The notes below the pieces were generated by a model. The model ran no database searches, had not been told where the DNA came from, and saw only the letters and a program-made list of their open reading frames with translations. DNA of 24,000 nucleotides, taken from positions 1-24,000 of the forward strand of contig NZ_FOOX01000023.1 in NCBI RefSeq assembly GCF_900113335.1, in the 5' to 3' direction. Below, piece by piece: positions 14,360 through 21,987 of the stretch; within the stretch, counting starts at the first letter, position 1; each line of letters starts with the position of its first letter. This DNA is from Desulfotruncus arcticus DSM 17038. Its GTDB lineage: Bacteria; Bacillota; Desulfotomaculia; Desulfotomaculales; Desulfallaceae. A program made the translations under genes and the position numbers.

Positions 14360-15274
14360 CTATTGCTCCTTCCTGTAATGCCGCAAGGCGTTTTCATATC
14401 GCTGGATTATGTTATCTTTTAAACGTTCAGGCCAGATCACCGTGACTTTATCTCCAAAGGACATAATGAAGTCATACAGCCATTCATTTTCCGGCAATGC
14501 AGCCTGCACCTTGTATCCTGATTCTGTTTTTGATATGGCGGATTCATCGAATGTGTCATATAGCCTGTAGCCACATTCGTCAGGAAAGCTGAGTTCCAGT
14601 TGGAGTAATGCTCCTAAATCCTCCGGTATGGGTAAAACAAGATTTGAGCTTTCAGCCTTCATTTCGAAAGTCTTTCCGGTCAGGACGATTTCCTTCATTC
14701 GTGAAACCCTGAAAAGCCTGTAATCCGATTTTTCAGGGCAGAAAGCGAAAACATACCAGGATTTATCTTTGTATAACAGCTTTACCGGTTCCGCATCCCG
14801 GCGGAGAGTATTGCCGGAAGAGGAATAATAGGTAAACCGGATTACCTTCCTCTCTAATATGGCCTGCTTCAAAATGTCGAAGACCTTTTGCTCTTTTTCT
14901 TTTATGCTGCCCCAGCGGGAAAAATCCACTTCAATCCAGTTTGCCTGAGCTGTTTGAAAGACTGCTCCCAGTTTCATTAAAATGTCGTCTGCGGCCGGAT
15001 ATTGAATGGCGGAAAGGCTTTGAACCCCCATTAGAATTTCTTGTTTCTCTTTTTCTGACAGGATAGCGTTCCGAAGCATAAAATGGTCTTGTAGACGGAT
15101 ACCGCCGTTTCTTCCTGTATTCGCATAAATAGGGATTCCAGCGCCGCTAAGCATATCAATGTCCCGATAGATTGTCCGAACCGATACCTCGCAGACCTCT
15201 GCTAATTCCGGCGCAGATGCCCGCCCCTTATCTAACAGGTGATATATGATCTTGAATAAACGACTTTCTGACAA
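14360..15274 (-). CDS. YafY-family transcriptional regulator (HTH + WYL domain)
   Basis: The N-terminal HTH is 'APELAEVCEVSVRTIYRDIDMLSGAGIPIYANTGRNGG'. The central WYL-type strand is 'KSWYVFAFCPEKSDYRLFRVSRM'. Size is 304 aa. TTG start has AAAGGGG upstream. Confidence 0.85.
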   Translation of the reverse strand: MSESRLFKIIYHLLDKGRASAPELAEVCEVSVRTIYRDIDMLSGAGIPIYANTGRNGGIRLQDHFMLRNAILSEKEKQEILMGVQSLSAIQYPAADDILMKLGAVFQTAQANWIEVDFSRWGSIKEKEQKVFDILKQAILERKVIRFTYYSSSGNTLRRDAEPVKLLYKDKSWYVFAFCPEKSDYRLFRVSRMKEIVLTGKTFEMKAESSNLVLPIPEDLGALLQLELSFPDECGYRLYDTFDESAISKTESGYKVQAALPENEWLYDFIMSFGDKVTVIWPERLKDNIIQRYENALRHYRKEQ

Positions 15275-15304
15275 AGGCGCACCACCCCTTTGCTATATAA
15301 TAAC

Positions 15305-15339
15305 ACAAAAACCTTGACATGGTGTGTCAAGGTTTTTGT
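15305..15339. promoter_or_regulatory. Perfect 15-bp inverted repeat upstream of the WYL regulator (operator or insulator hairpin)
   Basis: ACAAAAACCTTGACA (15305-15319) - TGGTG - TGTCAAGGTTTTTGT (15325-15339). It contains TTGACA on both strands and lies ~30-65 nt upstream of the regulator start. Confidence 0.5.
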
Positions 15340-15391
15340 AATAAAGCACAAGGCAGCTTTGGGCACGGCTACCCAGTAATTTATCAGATCT

Positions 15392-15489
15392 TTGTATTTA
15401 TTCAGTGGTATAAACTCCGCATTCAAAAACGGAAATCGCTCAGGCATGGTGGAAAGGGAGCGGATGGCGTCCATCAGGTCATTTCCCAA
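15392..15489 (-). pseudogene. Internal fragment of a ParE/RelE-family toxin gene
   Basis: It reads 'GNDLMDAIRSLSTMPERFPFLNAEFIPLNKYK', about 85% identical at the DNA level to 17633-17718. No N-terminus is present, and the C-terminus is replaced by unrelated sequence. Confidence 0.65.
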
Positions 15490-15587
15490 AATGACTGTCT
15501 AATTTACTGTAGGCACCCCCAAATATAGATGCCAATCGGAGGCCGCCTATTATACTCAATAGAGGCGCATGTTGTTAGATACCGTTA

Positions 15588-16445
15588 TTATTTCTTTTCA
15601 ACGGGCAGCCAGACTTCACATCTGTAGTCCTCCGCCTGCTGGTTCCCTTCAAAATAGACTTCGATATCGGGAGCATTGGCGTACTCGTAACCGGAATTGG
15701 GCAGCCATTCGCTCACAATACGCTTTTGCAGATTTTGTATAGCGTCGGGCATGGCCCCGATGCATTCAAAGATAGCCCATGTGCATTCCGGGACATGATA
15801 CTCCGCCATATCTTCGGGCGTTTCCTGATCGGTAGCCACAGCAATGTAATAATCGAAATCCTTACCGTTCATGCACGTGCTTACCCCAAGGACGCCCTTC
15901 GGCTCCCGGTTCATCAGGGTGCAGAGTTTCGGGATAACGCCGCTTTGCGCTGTCTTTTGCCAAAACAGCGGCACATTGACAAAGCTTTCTTCAATGTTCA
16001 TGGAGTAATGCTCCCTGACACCTGCAATTTTGAAAGCGCCCTTTTTCTCAATTCTGTAGTTCATCTCAGCCTCTCCTTTGATCGTTATTTTGAAGCTGAT
16101 GGGCGGGTAGGCTTTCAGCGTAACGCCTTCCGCTCTTGCGGCGGACGGGGCCATGCCGTGAACGCTCTGAAAAGCGCGGTTAAAAGCCGTCGGCGATTCA
16201 TATCCATATTTGAGCGCAATGTCGATAATTTTTTCATCGCTGTTTTGCAAATCGAATACCGCTCTGGTCATCTTCCTCCTGCGGATATACTCTGAAAGAG
16301 GTATGTCCGCGAGATAGGAAAACATGCGCTGAAAATGAAACGACGAACAGCGGGCGATCTGCGAGACGCGCTCCAGGTCGATTTCGTCCTCCAGGTGTTC
16401 CTCCATGTAGTTTACCGCTTCATTCAGGCAACTGAGCCATTCCAT
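15588..16445 (-). CDS. AraC family transcriptional regulator with GyrI-like effector-binding domain
   Basis: The AraC HTH is 'IALKYGYESPTAFNRAFQSVHGMAPS'. The C-terminal ~150 aa are GyrI-like / Cass2-type ('FKIAGV...WAIFECIG...EVYF'). The preferred start is ATG 16445, with GGAGGTGA 5 nt upstream, rather than the ORF track's TTG at 16463. Confidence 0.85.
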   Translation of the reverse strand: MEWLSCLNEAVNYMEEHLEDEIDLERVSQIARCSSFHFQRMFSYLADIPLSEYIRRRKMTRAVFDLQNSDEKIIDIALKYGYESPTAFNRAFQSVHGMAPSAARAEGVTLKAYPPISFKITIKGEAEMNYRIEKKGAFKIAGVREHYSMNIEESFVNVPLFWQKTAQSGVIPKLCTLMNREPKGVLGVSTCMNGKDFDYYIAVATDQETPEDMAEYHVPECTWAIFECIGAMPDAIQNLQKRIVSEWLPNSGYEYANAPDIEVYFEGNQQAEDYRCEVWLPVEKK

Positions 16446-16580
16446 ACCATCACCTCCCAACAATCAAAGTATATGAAAACTGTATTGTCCGTCCTCTCTT
16501 TTCCTGCACCGATATGAGAGGCCTGCCGCGTTGGATTCCTTTTTAGACTGCTTTCGTCCGGCATTTAATGCTGATAAGCC

Positions 16581-17015
16581 TTATCTTACGGCTTTCAGCA
16601 ATGCTCTCCAGGAGGACATTTTTTCTCCGTGTTTAAAGGCAACTCCGACATTGGTATACGTATCATCGTCCACTTTGATTAATGTTTCTGATCCTTTGAA
16701 AACACCGCTGTCAGAAGTATAAATGGAAACGATGCTGTCTCCGACAATTTCAAATTTTCCTTTTAGCACCCCTAAGGCAGGATTGTATGATTCCCAGATA
16801 AGCGTTGTTTTGTCATCCGTTGCGTGAATCGTATAGCTGTTTTCAAATGTTACAGGGGGTTCACACATGACCGTCATTGTGCCGCCTAATGTCCATTCAC
16901 GTTCACTGCGGACAACAGCGGTCTCACCATGCAGTTTAAATTGTTTCCCCTCGGCATCGTAATAGGTGCCGGTTGCGTTCCAAGAGGATATTCTGTATAA
17001 ATAAGTATGTTCCAT
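16581..17015 (-). CDS. Hypothetical small beta-rich protein (lipocalin-like?)
   Basis: ORF has likely start ATG 17015 ('MEHTYLYRISSW...'). An alternating beta-strand-like pattern runs throughout. The function is not recognised. Confidence 0.5.
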   Translation of the reverse strand: MEHTYLYRISSWNATGTYYDAEGKQFKLHGETAVVRSEREWTLGGTMTVMCEPPVTFENSYTIHATDDKTTLIWESYNPALGVLKGKFEIVGDSIVSIYTSDSGVFKGSETLIKVDDDTYTNVGVAFKHGEKMSSWRALLKAVR

Positions 17016-17171
17016 CTTGATACAACCTTTCATTCTTATATACAAAGATTGATCCCATACGCATTCATCGGCTTTCCCCATCCGAATATAGCTTTGTTTC
17101 AGTCAGTACCCAACATCCACAATCACAAATTCCCGGCAATGAGAATCTTTTTGGATAAAGGCCTCACTATT

Positions 17172-17492
17172 TCATACCGGTCTTTTCAAATTACCACTGC
17201 GATGACTCGTCCTGCTTATATAATTTCTGTGCATGAATTCATTATAAATATATCCTCGCTCCGGCGTTATTCCGTTAAGCTCCGGACGTTCATTATATAT
17301 TTCTTCTAAAGTTTTGTCCGAACCTCCGATAATACTAAAGTGCTCTTCTGGTTTAATTGGATAATCAGAAATCATTTTTCTAACCAATTCCTCCGCATGG
17401 TTCTGGTCCTTTGCAAACACGATACCTTCAAACTTGCCAGCAGCTTTTCTGCTACCTACCTTACGATAATAAAAATGCACTGAATAAATCAT
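17172..17492 (-). CDS. Hypothetical 106-aa protein
   Basis: ATG 17492 has a perfect RBS (AGGAGG, 6-nt spacer). The ORF track's longer version overlaps the parE pseudogene end. No family is recognised. Confidence 0.5.
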   Translation of the reverse strand: MIYSVHFYYRKVGSRKAAGKFEGIVFAKDQNHAEELVRKMISDYPIKPEEHFSIIGGSDKTLEEIYNERPELNGITPERGYIYNEFMHRNYISRTSHRSGNLKRPV

Positions 17493-17514
17493 AAGTACCT
17501 CCTGTTCATCAATT

Positions 17515-17811
17515 CTATCGCACCAATAAGCCATAATCCTGCCTACAATCCACGATATAGTCGACGTTCACCATCTGATTCTTCATCTGATACAGAATCA
17601 AATACCATTTCTCCACGAACATTCTGTGGTACTTATTCGGTAGTATAAACTCCGCATTCAAAAACGGCAATCGCTCAGGCATGGTGGAAGGGAGGGGATA
17701 GCATCCATCAACTCATTCTTTGTTCTGTGTAAAGCGGCAGAGGGGGCTTTTTTGCTCCAGAAAACAAACATGACCCGCCAGCATCTAACGGACGCGGTCG
17801 GAAACAATCAC
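17515..17811 (-). pseudogene. ParE/RelE-family toxin, inactivated (nonsense plus two compensating frameshifts)
   Basis: The GTG start overlaps the antitoxin stop (GTGA). The reading is 'IVSDRVR*MLAGHVCFLEQ', a shift in the G5/T6 tract at 17742-17753, 'SPSAALHRTKNELMDAIPSL', a shift at ~17688, then 'TMPERLPFLNAEFILPNKYHRMFVEKWYLILYQMKNQMVNVDYIVDCRQDY'. The TAG lies at 17785-17787. Confidence 0.75.
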
Positions 17812-17987
17812 CTTATGCTGAGGCTTCTTTTCCCATGCTCCACCTCATCAATAATACCGTCCAGGTATTTGTCCAGTTCATCGGGGCTAACTCCCGCGCG
17901 CCCTGCCAGACGGTCTTCCTCGACGGCCAGCAGCTCTTCTCGTAGCTTCAGCATTTTTTCGCGACGGGTAAACGCTTCTATATCCAT
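17808..17987 (-). CDS. Putative type II antitoxin (partner of the ParE-like toxin)
   Basis: This 59-aa ORF is absent from the track because it is under 60 aa: 'MDIEAFTRREKMLKLREELLAVEEDRLAGRAGVSPDELDKYLDGIIDEVEHGKRSLSIR'. RBS AAGGGAG is present. The stop overlaps the toxin start. Confidence 0.55.
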   Translation of the reverse strand: MDIEAFTRREKMLKLREELLAVEEDRLAGRAGVSPDELDKYLDGIIDEVEHGKRSLSIR

Positions 17988-18196
17988 AACCTCAAGATCT
18001 CCCTTACCATTTTTATAAAATTCTCTGGCTCTTCGGTGGGCTTACGCAAAGTCGCAAATCCATCGCAATTGCCAAAATACTCATATAGGTTTATAATCTG
18101 TTATTTTCCTTATAATGACAATCTAATCATATTATACTTCTTTGCTCGAATCACTGAATAAAGCAGCGGCAAAGCACGTTTATTCGTTTCAGCACT

Positions 18197-18232
18197 ATAA
18201 AAAAGGCGCTGATCTCTCAGTGCCTTTTTTAT
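18197..18232 (-). terminator. Bidirectional rho-independent terminator downstream of higA
   Basis: A 10-bp stem, AAGGCGCTGA (18203-18212) / TCAGTGCCTT (18217-18226, one G-U pair), has loop TCTC. It is flanked by an A-run upstream and a T-run downstream. Confidence 0.8.
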
Positions 18233-18278
18233 TAATCATCTGCCGCTATCACTCGTGTTTTATGATTTCTCACATTTA

Positions 18279-18563
18279 TTATTTCAGAGTAATCTGCACC
18301 TCTTTGCCAAGGGAGCGGGCAACCTTTGACAGAAAATCCAGGGATGGATTGTACTTTCCGCTTTCCAGGCGGCTGATATTGGATTTCTGGGTCCCAACCC
18401 GAAGCGCCAATTCTTCTTGGGTAATATTTTGGCTAGTTCGCGCTTCAATGATTTGCGAAATCACATCATAGCGCGGTTTCAGCTTTTCGTATTCAGCTTT
18501 GAATTCTTCGTCCTTCATCAAAAGCTCTTTCACTTCGAAAAACTTTGCTCCCGCCTTACTCAT
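18279..18563 (-). CDS. HigA-like XRE-family antitoxin
   Basis: The 94-aa protein starts at ATG 18563. 'ARTSQNITQEELALRVGTQKSNISRLESGKYNPSLDFLSKVARSLG' is a Cro/C1 HTH. It lies directly downstream of the Gp49/HigB-like toxin. Confidence 0.85.
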   Translation of the reverse strand: MSKAGAKFFEVKELLMKDEEFKAEYEKLKPRYDVISQIIEARTSQNITQEELALRVGTQKSNISRLESGKYNPSLDFLSKVARSLGKEVQITLK

Positions 18564-18911
18564 TGTCGCACCTTCTTTCATAATCTTCTTTATAACGCAG
18601 TGCCCGTTCAATCTCTCTTGGCGGAGTTTTTTGAGTTTTTTTGGTGAAACCATGAAGCAGCACAAAAGTCTTCTGGCGGTTTTTGAAATAGAATATCCGG
18701 CTGATATCCGACGCGAATTTGATTCTAGTTCAAAAAGATCTTTGCCTTTTATGGGCTTTACGTAAGGTTCCCTTAATTCATGGCCATGCTTTTCAAGTAG
18801 TTCTATTTCGCTAAAGGCTTTTGCCCGTATTTTTGCTTCCAACGATAGCAGAAAATCCAGCACGGGAATATCTCCGTTTTCCTTTTTATAGTATTCCACC
18901 TGCCAATCCAT
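18556..18911 (-). pseudogene. HigB / phage Gp49-like (RelE/ParE superfamily) toxin with a 1-nt frameshift
   Basis: 'MDWQVEYYKKENGDIPVLDFLLSLEAKIRAKAFSEIELLEKHGHELREPYVKPIKGKDLFEL' is followed, after a missing base near 18724-18731, by 'RIKFASDISRIFYFKNRQKTFVLLHGFTKKTQKTPPREIERALRYKEDYERR' in another frame. The shifted frame stays open into higA, which creates the 210-aa ORF in the track. Confidence 0.8.
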
Positions 18912-18951
18912 GGTACACCTCTAACCTTAGTATATGCTCCACCTCACCATT

Positions 18952-18973
18952 ATGTTATCATATACGATAACAT
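18952..18973. promoter_or_regulatory. Palindromic operator candidate upstream of higB
   Basis: ATGTTATC (18952-18959) - N6 - GATAACAT (18966-18973), 40-60 nt upstream of the toxin start. Confidence 0.5.
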
Positions 18974-19290
18974 AAATCAAGGAATTTGTACTTTTTGTAA
19001 ACAGCTAAAAGCAATCATTTTTGAATTTTTGCACTGCGGCTATATTGCGCCGATTTTTTTGAGATAGGAAAAGCCGTCCGTATGCCCGCGAATTTGCTTT
19101 CCTCGGTAATCCCTCCGGCGGGTTGCAAGGTGCTGTCCCTTTCATACAGGTCAATATACCAATAGGTAATTCCCAGAAATGAGGTAAATATTTTTAAAAT
19201 GTCACATTTCGACATATAATCGGAAGGTAATTGCTTGAAATTAATCAAAAAAACTAGTATTTATTGCTTTACATTCAGGGGGAATAAGTA

Positions 19291-21276
19291 ATGAAAAACG
19301 AAACCTTCTTCAATCATATCAAAGATCAGGAAAATCATGATTTAGAACACCAAAAAATACTTGATTTGACCGTGTGCAATAATCTTGCTGAATGTATATA
19401 TATATCAGATCCTCATACATATGATATTTTATACGCTAATAACACATTTATCAAAAAGTACGGTAATTTAATAGGACAGAAGTGCCACAAAGCGTTACAG
19501 GGGCTGGACGCTCCCTGCCCCTTCTGCACCAATAATTTTATTATGGGTGAAAATCAAGGGAAACCCCACACCAGGGAATATAAAAACTTGATTGACCAGA
19601 GGTGGTACCGCTGTGTTGACAAAGCAATCCCATGGATAGACGGGCGCATAGTTCGTTGTGAAATGTTTATAGATATCAATGATGTTAAAGAGACAGAAAA
19701 AAAACTTTTACACCGTATCCAATTTGAAACACTTATTACCAGTATTTCAACCCAATTTATTAATCTTCCACAGGAAAAGATTGATCAAGGGATCAACATG
19801 GCTTTAAAAAAAATCGGGGGATTTGCAGAAGCGGATCGCAGTTATGTATTTCTATTTTATGAAAAAAACGGCACCCGTATGGATAACACCCATGAATGGT
19901 GCGTTGATGGAATTGACCCGCAAATTGATAATTTAAAAGACCTTAAACCAGATCTGGTAACTCCATGGTGGATCGATAAACTTAGACGTTTTGAATACAT
20001 TTACATACCTTCTGTAGACAATCTTAAAGCTAATAATTATGCTGAAAAAAGAATTCTGCAGGCGCAAAATATAAAATCTTTAGTAGTTGTTCCAATGGTT
20101 TACGGAAAATCTCTAATAGGTTTTCTTGGGTTTGATTTTGTCCGTTCTGAAAAATCTTTACTGTCAAAAGAAATCATAGGCTTACTAAGAATTGTTGGGG
20201 ACATATTTGCAAACGCCCTAGAACATAAAAAAGCATATCAAGCACTAAGGAAAAGTGAAAAACGTTTTCGCCGCATAACGGAGAATATGCTGGATATGAT
20301 TAGCCAATTAAACGTTAATGGGGTATTTGAATATGCCAGCCCATCCCACCAAAGCAATTTAGGCTACCAACCAAAAGATTTAATAGGAAAATCAATTATC
20401 GATTTTCTGCATCCCGATGATATTAATACAATGAAGAATGCCATCCAAGGAGTGATTCAAACATCAATACCGGGCAAAATTGAATTCCGCCTAAGGCATA
20501 TAAACGGCGATCATATGTGGATGGAATCTAACATCAACGTTGATACTGAAAAGGGTGAAATTGCCGGAATTATCTTTTGTACCCGTAATATTAACCAACG
20601 CAAGCAATTTGAAAAGGAAATGGCCAGCCTCGATAGATTAAACCTAATTGGAGAGATGGCTGCCGGCATAGGTCATGAAATTAGAAACCCTATGACCACT
20701 ATAAGGGGATTCTTACAAATTTTAAAAAATAAAAACGGATGTGTACAATACGAAGATTACTTTGACATAATGATTGACGAATTAGATCGTGCCAATTCGA
20801 TAATTACAGAATTTCTTTCCCTCACTAAAAACAAGCCAATTGACTTACAGGTATCTAATCTTAATCATATTATCAAGTCTATTTTCCCTTTAATTCAAGC
20901 AGATGCCATGCTGCTTGATAAGTATATTGAACTAGAATTGCACGATATCCGGGATATCCCTCTGAATGAAAAAGAAATACGGCAACTTCTGCTCAACCTC
21001 GTAAAAAACGGTATAGAATCTATGGATTCCAGTGGTAAGATTACTATTAAAACTTTTGCTGATAAACAAGATGTTATTCTTTCTGTCAAAGATGAAGGCA
21101 AAGGAATTGAAACCAGCCTGCTTGATAAGCTGGGCACCCCTTTTTTCACAACCAAGGACAACGGGACAGGCTTGGGGTTAGCGGTTTGTTACAGCATAGC
21201 CGCAAGACACAAAGCAAGTATTGAAGTGGAAACAGGTAGTAGCGGAACAACTTTTTTGGTGCGATTCAAATATTAA
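19291..21276 (+). CDS. Soluble sensor histidine kinase (Cys-rich PAS-like, GAF-like, PAS, HisKA, HATPase_c), no adjacent response regulator
   Basis: RBS AGGGGGA is present. The H-box is 'GHEIRNPMTTIRGFLQIL' (KinA-type), the N-box 'LLLNLVKNGIESM', G1 'VKDEGKGI' and G2 'GTGLGLAV'. PAS-type 'RITENMLDMISQL...' is present. No transmembrane helix is seen. Confidence 0.9.
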   Translation: MKNETFFNHIKDQENHDLEHQKILDLTVCNNLAECIYISDPHTYDILYANNTFIKKYGNLIGQKCHKALQGLDAPCPFCTNNFIMGENQGKPHTREYKNLIDQRWYRCVDKAIPWIDGRIVRCEMFIDINDVKETEKKLLHRIQFETLITSISTQFINLPQEKIDQGINMALKKIGGFAEADRSYVFLFYEKNGTRMDNTHEWCVDGIDPQIDNLKDLKPDLVTPWWIDKLRRFEYIYIPSVDNLKANNYAEKRILQAQNIKSLVVVPMVYGKSLIGFLGFDFVRSEKSLLSKEIIGLLRIVGDIFANALEHKKAYQALRKSEKRFRRITENMLDMISQLNVNGVFEYASPSHQSNLGYQPKDLIGKSIIDFLHPDDINTMKNAIQGVIQTSIPGKIEFRLRHINGDHMWMESNINVDTEKGEIAGIIFCTRNINQRKQFEKEMASLDRLNLIGEMAAGIGHEIRNPMTTIRGFLQILKNKNGCVQYEDYFDIMIDELDRANSIITEFLSLTKNKPIDLQVSNLNHIIKSIFPLIQADAMLLDKYIELELHDIRDIPLNEKEIRQLLLNLVKNGIESMDSSGKITIKTFADKQDVILSVKDEGKGIETSLLDKLGTPFFTTKDNGTGLGLAVCYSIAARHKASIEVETGSSGTTFLVRFKY

Positions 21277-21325
21277 AACCTGAGTATTGTTACCCGGGTT
21301 TCCAAACGGCTGTCGGGTACAACAG

Positions 21326-21829
21326 CTAACTTTTTAATTTATCCGGCTTTATTGGCACCTTGATAATTTGGCCGACTCGCAGTGTGGAATTGACACTTAG
21401 CCCGTTTAGTTTAGCCAATTCAGGAGCATAAGTAGGCACTCCGTAATACTCATTTGAAATATCCCCCAGGGTATCTCTAGGCTTTATTTCATAAAAAAAA
21501 TACTCATTTTGGGCTGATACTTCTGGTTTTATTTCCGGTTCAGGTAAATTTTCCGTCATTCTTATACTGGCCAACTGATTATTAAGTTGGTTAACTTCTT
21601 CTTTAAGTACAGTATTTTCTACAACAAGGTTTTTATTTTCAACCCTTAAATTAGCTATTTTTGAGTTGATTTGCCACCCGATAAAAAATACCAGCAACAA
21701 TAATATTGCTCCAGCACCAAAAGTAAACAAAACCCCATAACTCTCTCCACCGTTTAAATGTTCTTCTTCTATTTCCCTGATAGTTTTACCCTCTAGCTTA
21801 TTAAACTTCATCAAACTAAAAAAATTCAT
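21326..21829 (-). CDS. LysM domain-containing membrane protein
   Basis: One transmembrane helix 'GVLFTFGAGAILLLLVFFIGW' and a coiled-coil segment are present. The C-terminal LysM is 'YEIKPRDTLGDISNEYYG...LAKLNGLSVNSTLRVGQIIKVP'. Confidence 0.85.
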   Translation of the reverse strand: MNFFSLMKFNKLEGKTIREIEEEHLNGGESYGVLFTFGAGAILLLLVFFIGWQINSKIANLRVENKNLVVENTVLKEEVNQLNNQLASIRMTENLPEPEIKPEVSAQNEYFFYEIKPRDTLGDISNEYYGVPTYAPELAKLNGLSVNSTLRVGQIIKVPIKPDKLKS

Positions 21830-21904
21830 ATAGAATACTCCTGAATATTTTTTATGGAGTATTATACCATAAACCAGTATTAGATAGAGATTATCACCTT
21901 AAAA

Positions 21905-21955
21905 TAATAACAAAAGCAAGGGAGTGTTCATTAAACAACACCCTTGCTTTTGATA
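21905..21955 (-). terminator. Bidirectional rho-independent terminator
   Basis: The stem GCAAGGG(A)GTGTT (21916-21928) / AACACCCTTGC (21937-21947) is flanked by an A-run and a T-run. It lies just downstream of the 21988-23277 gene. Confidence 0.75.
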
Positions 21956-21987
21956 ATTTTTTAAATTTTATATTTTATACTAACCTG

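Noticed and set aside
15232-15489. 85-aa ORF as an intact small protein.
   Set aside because: It is a chimera. Only the first ~33 codons are ParE-like. The remainder reads through the 15-bp palindrome and the WYL gene's start region.
18279-18911. The 210-aa ORF as a genuine toxin-antitoxin fusion protein.
   Set aside because: Its middle third is out-of-frame toxin sequence. The alternative frame reads a canonical HigB/Gp49 C-terminus ending in the usual overlap with higA. A 1-nt deletion is therefore the simplest explanation.
19015-19248. 77-aa minus-strand ORF between higB and the kinase.
   Set aside because: It has a TTG start with no RBS, lies in an AT-rich intergenic promoter region, and shows no recognisable domain.
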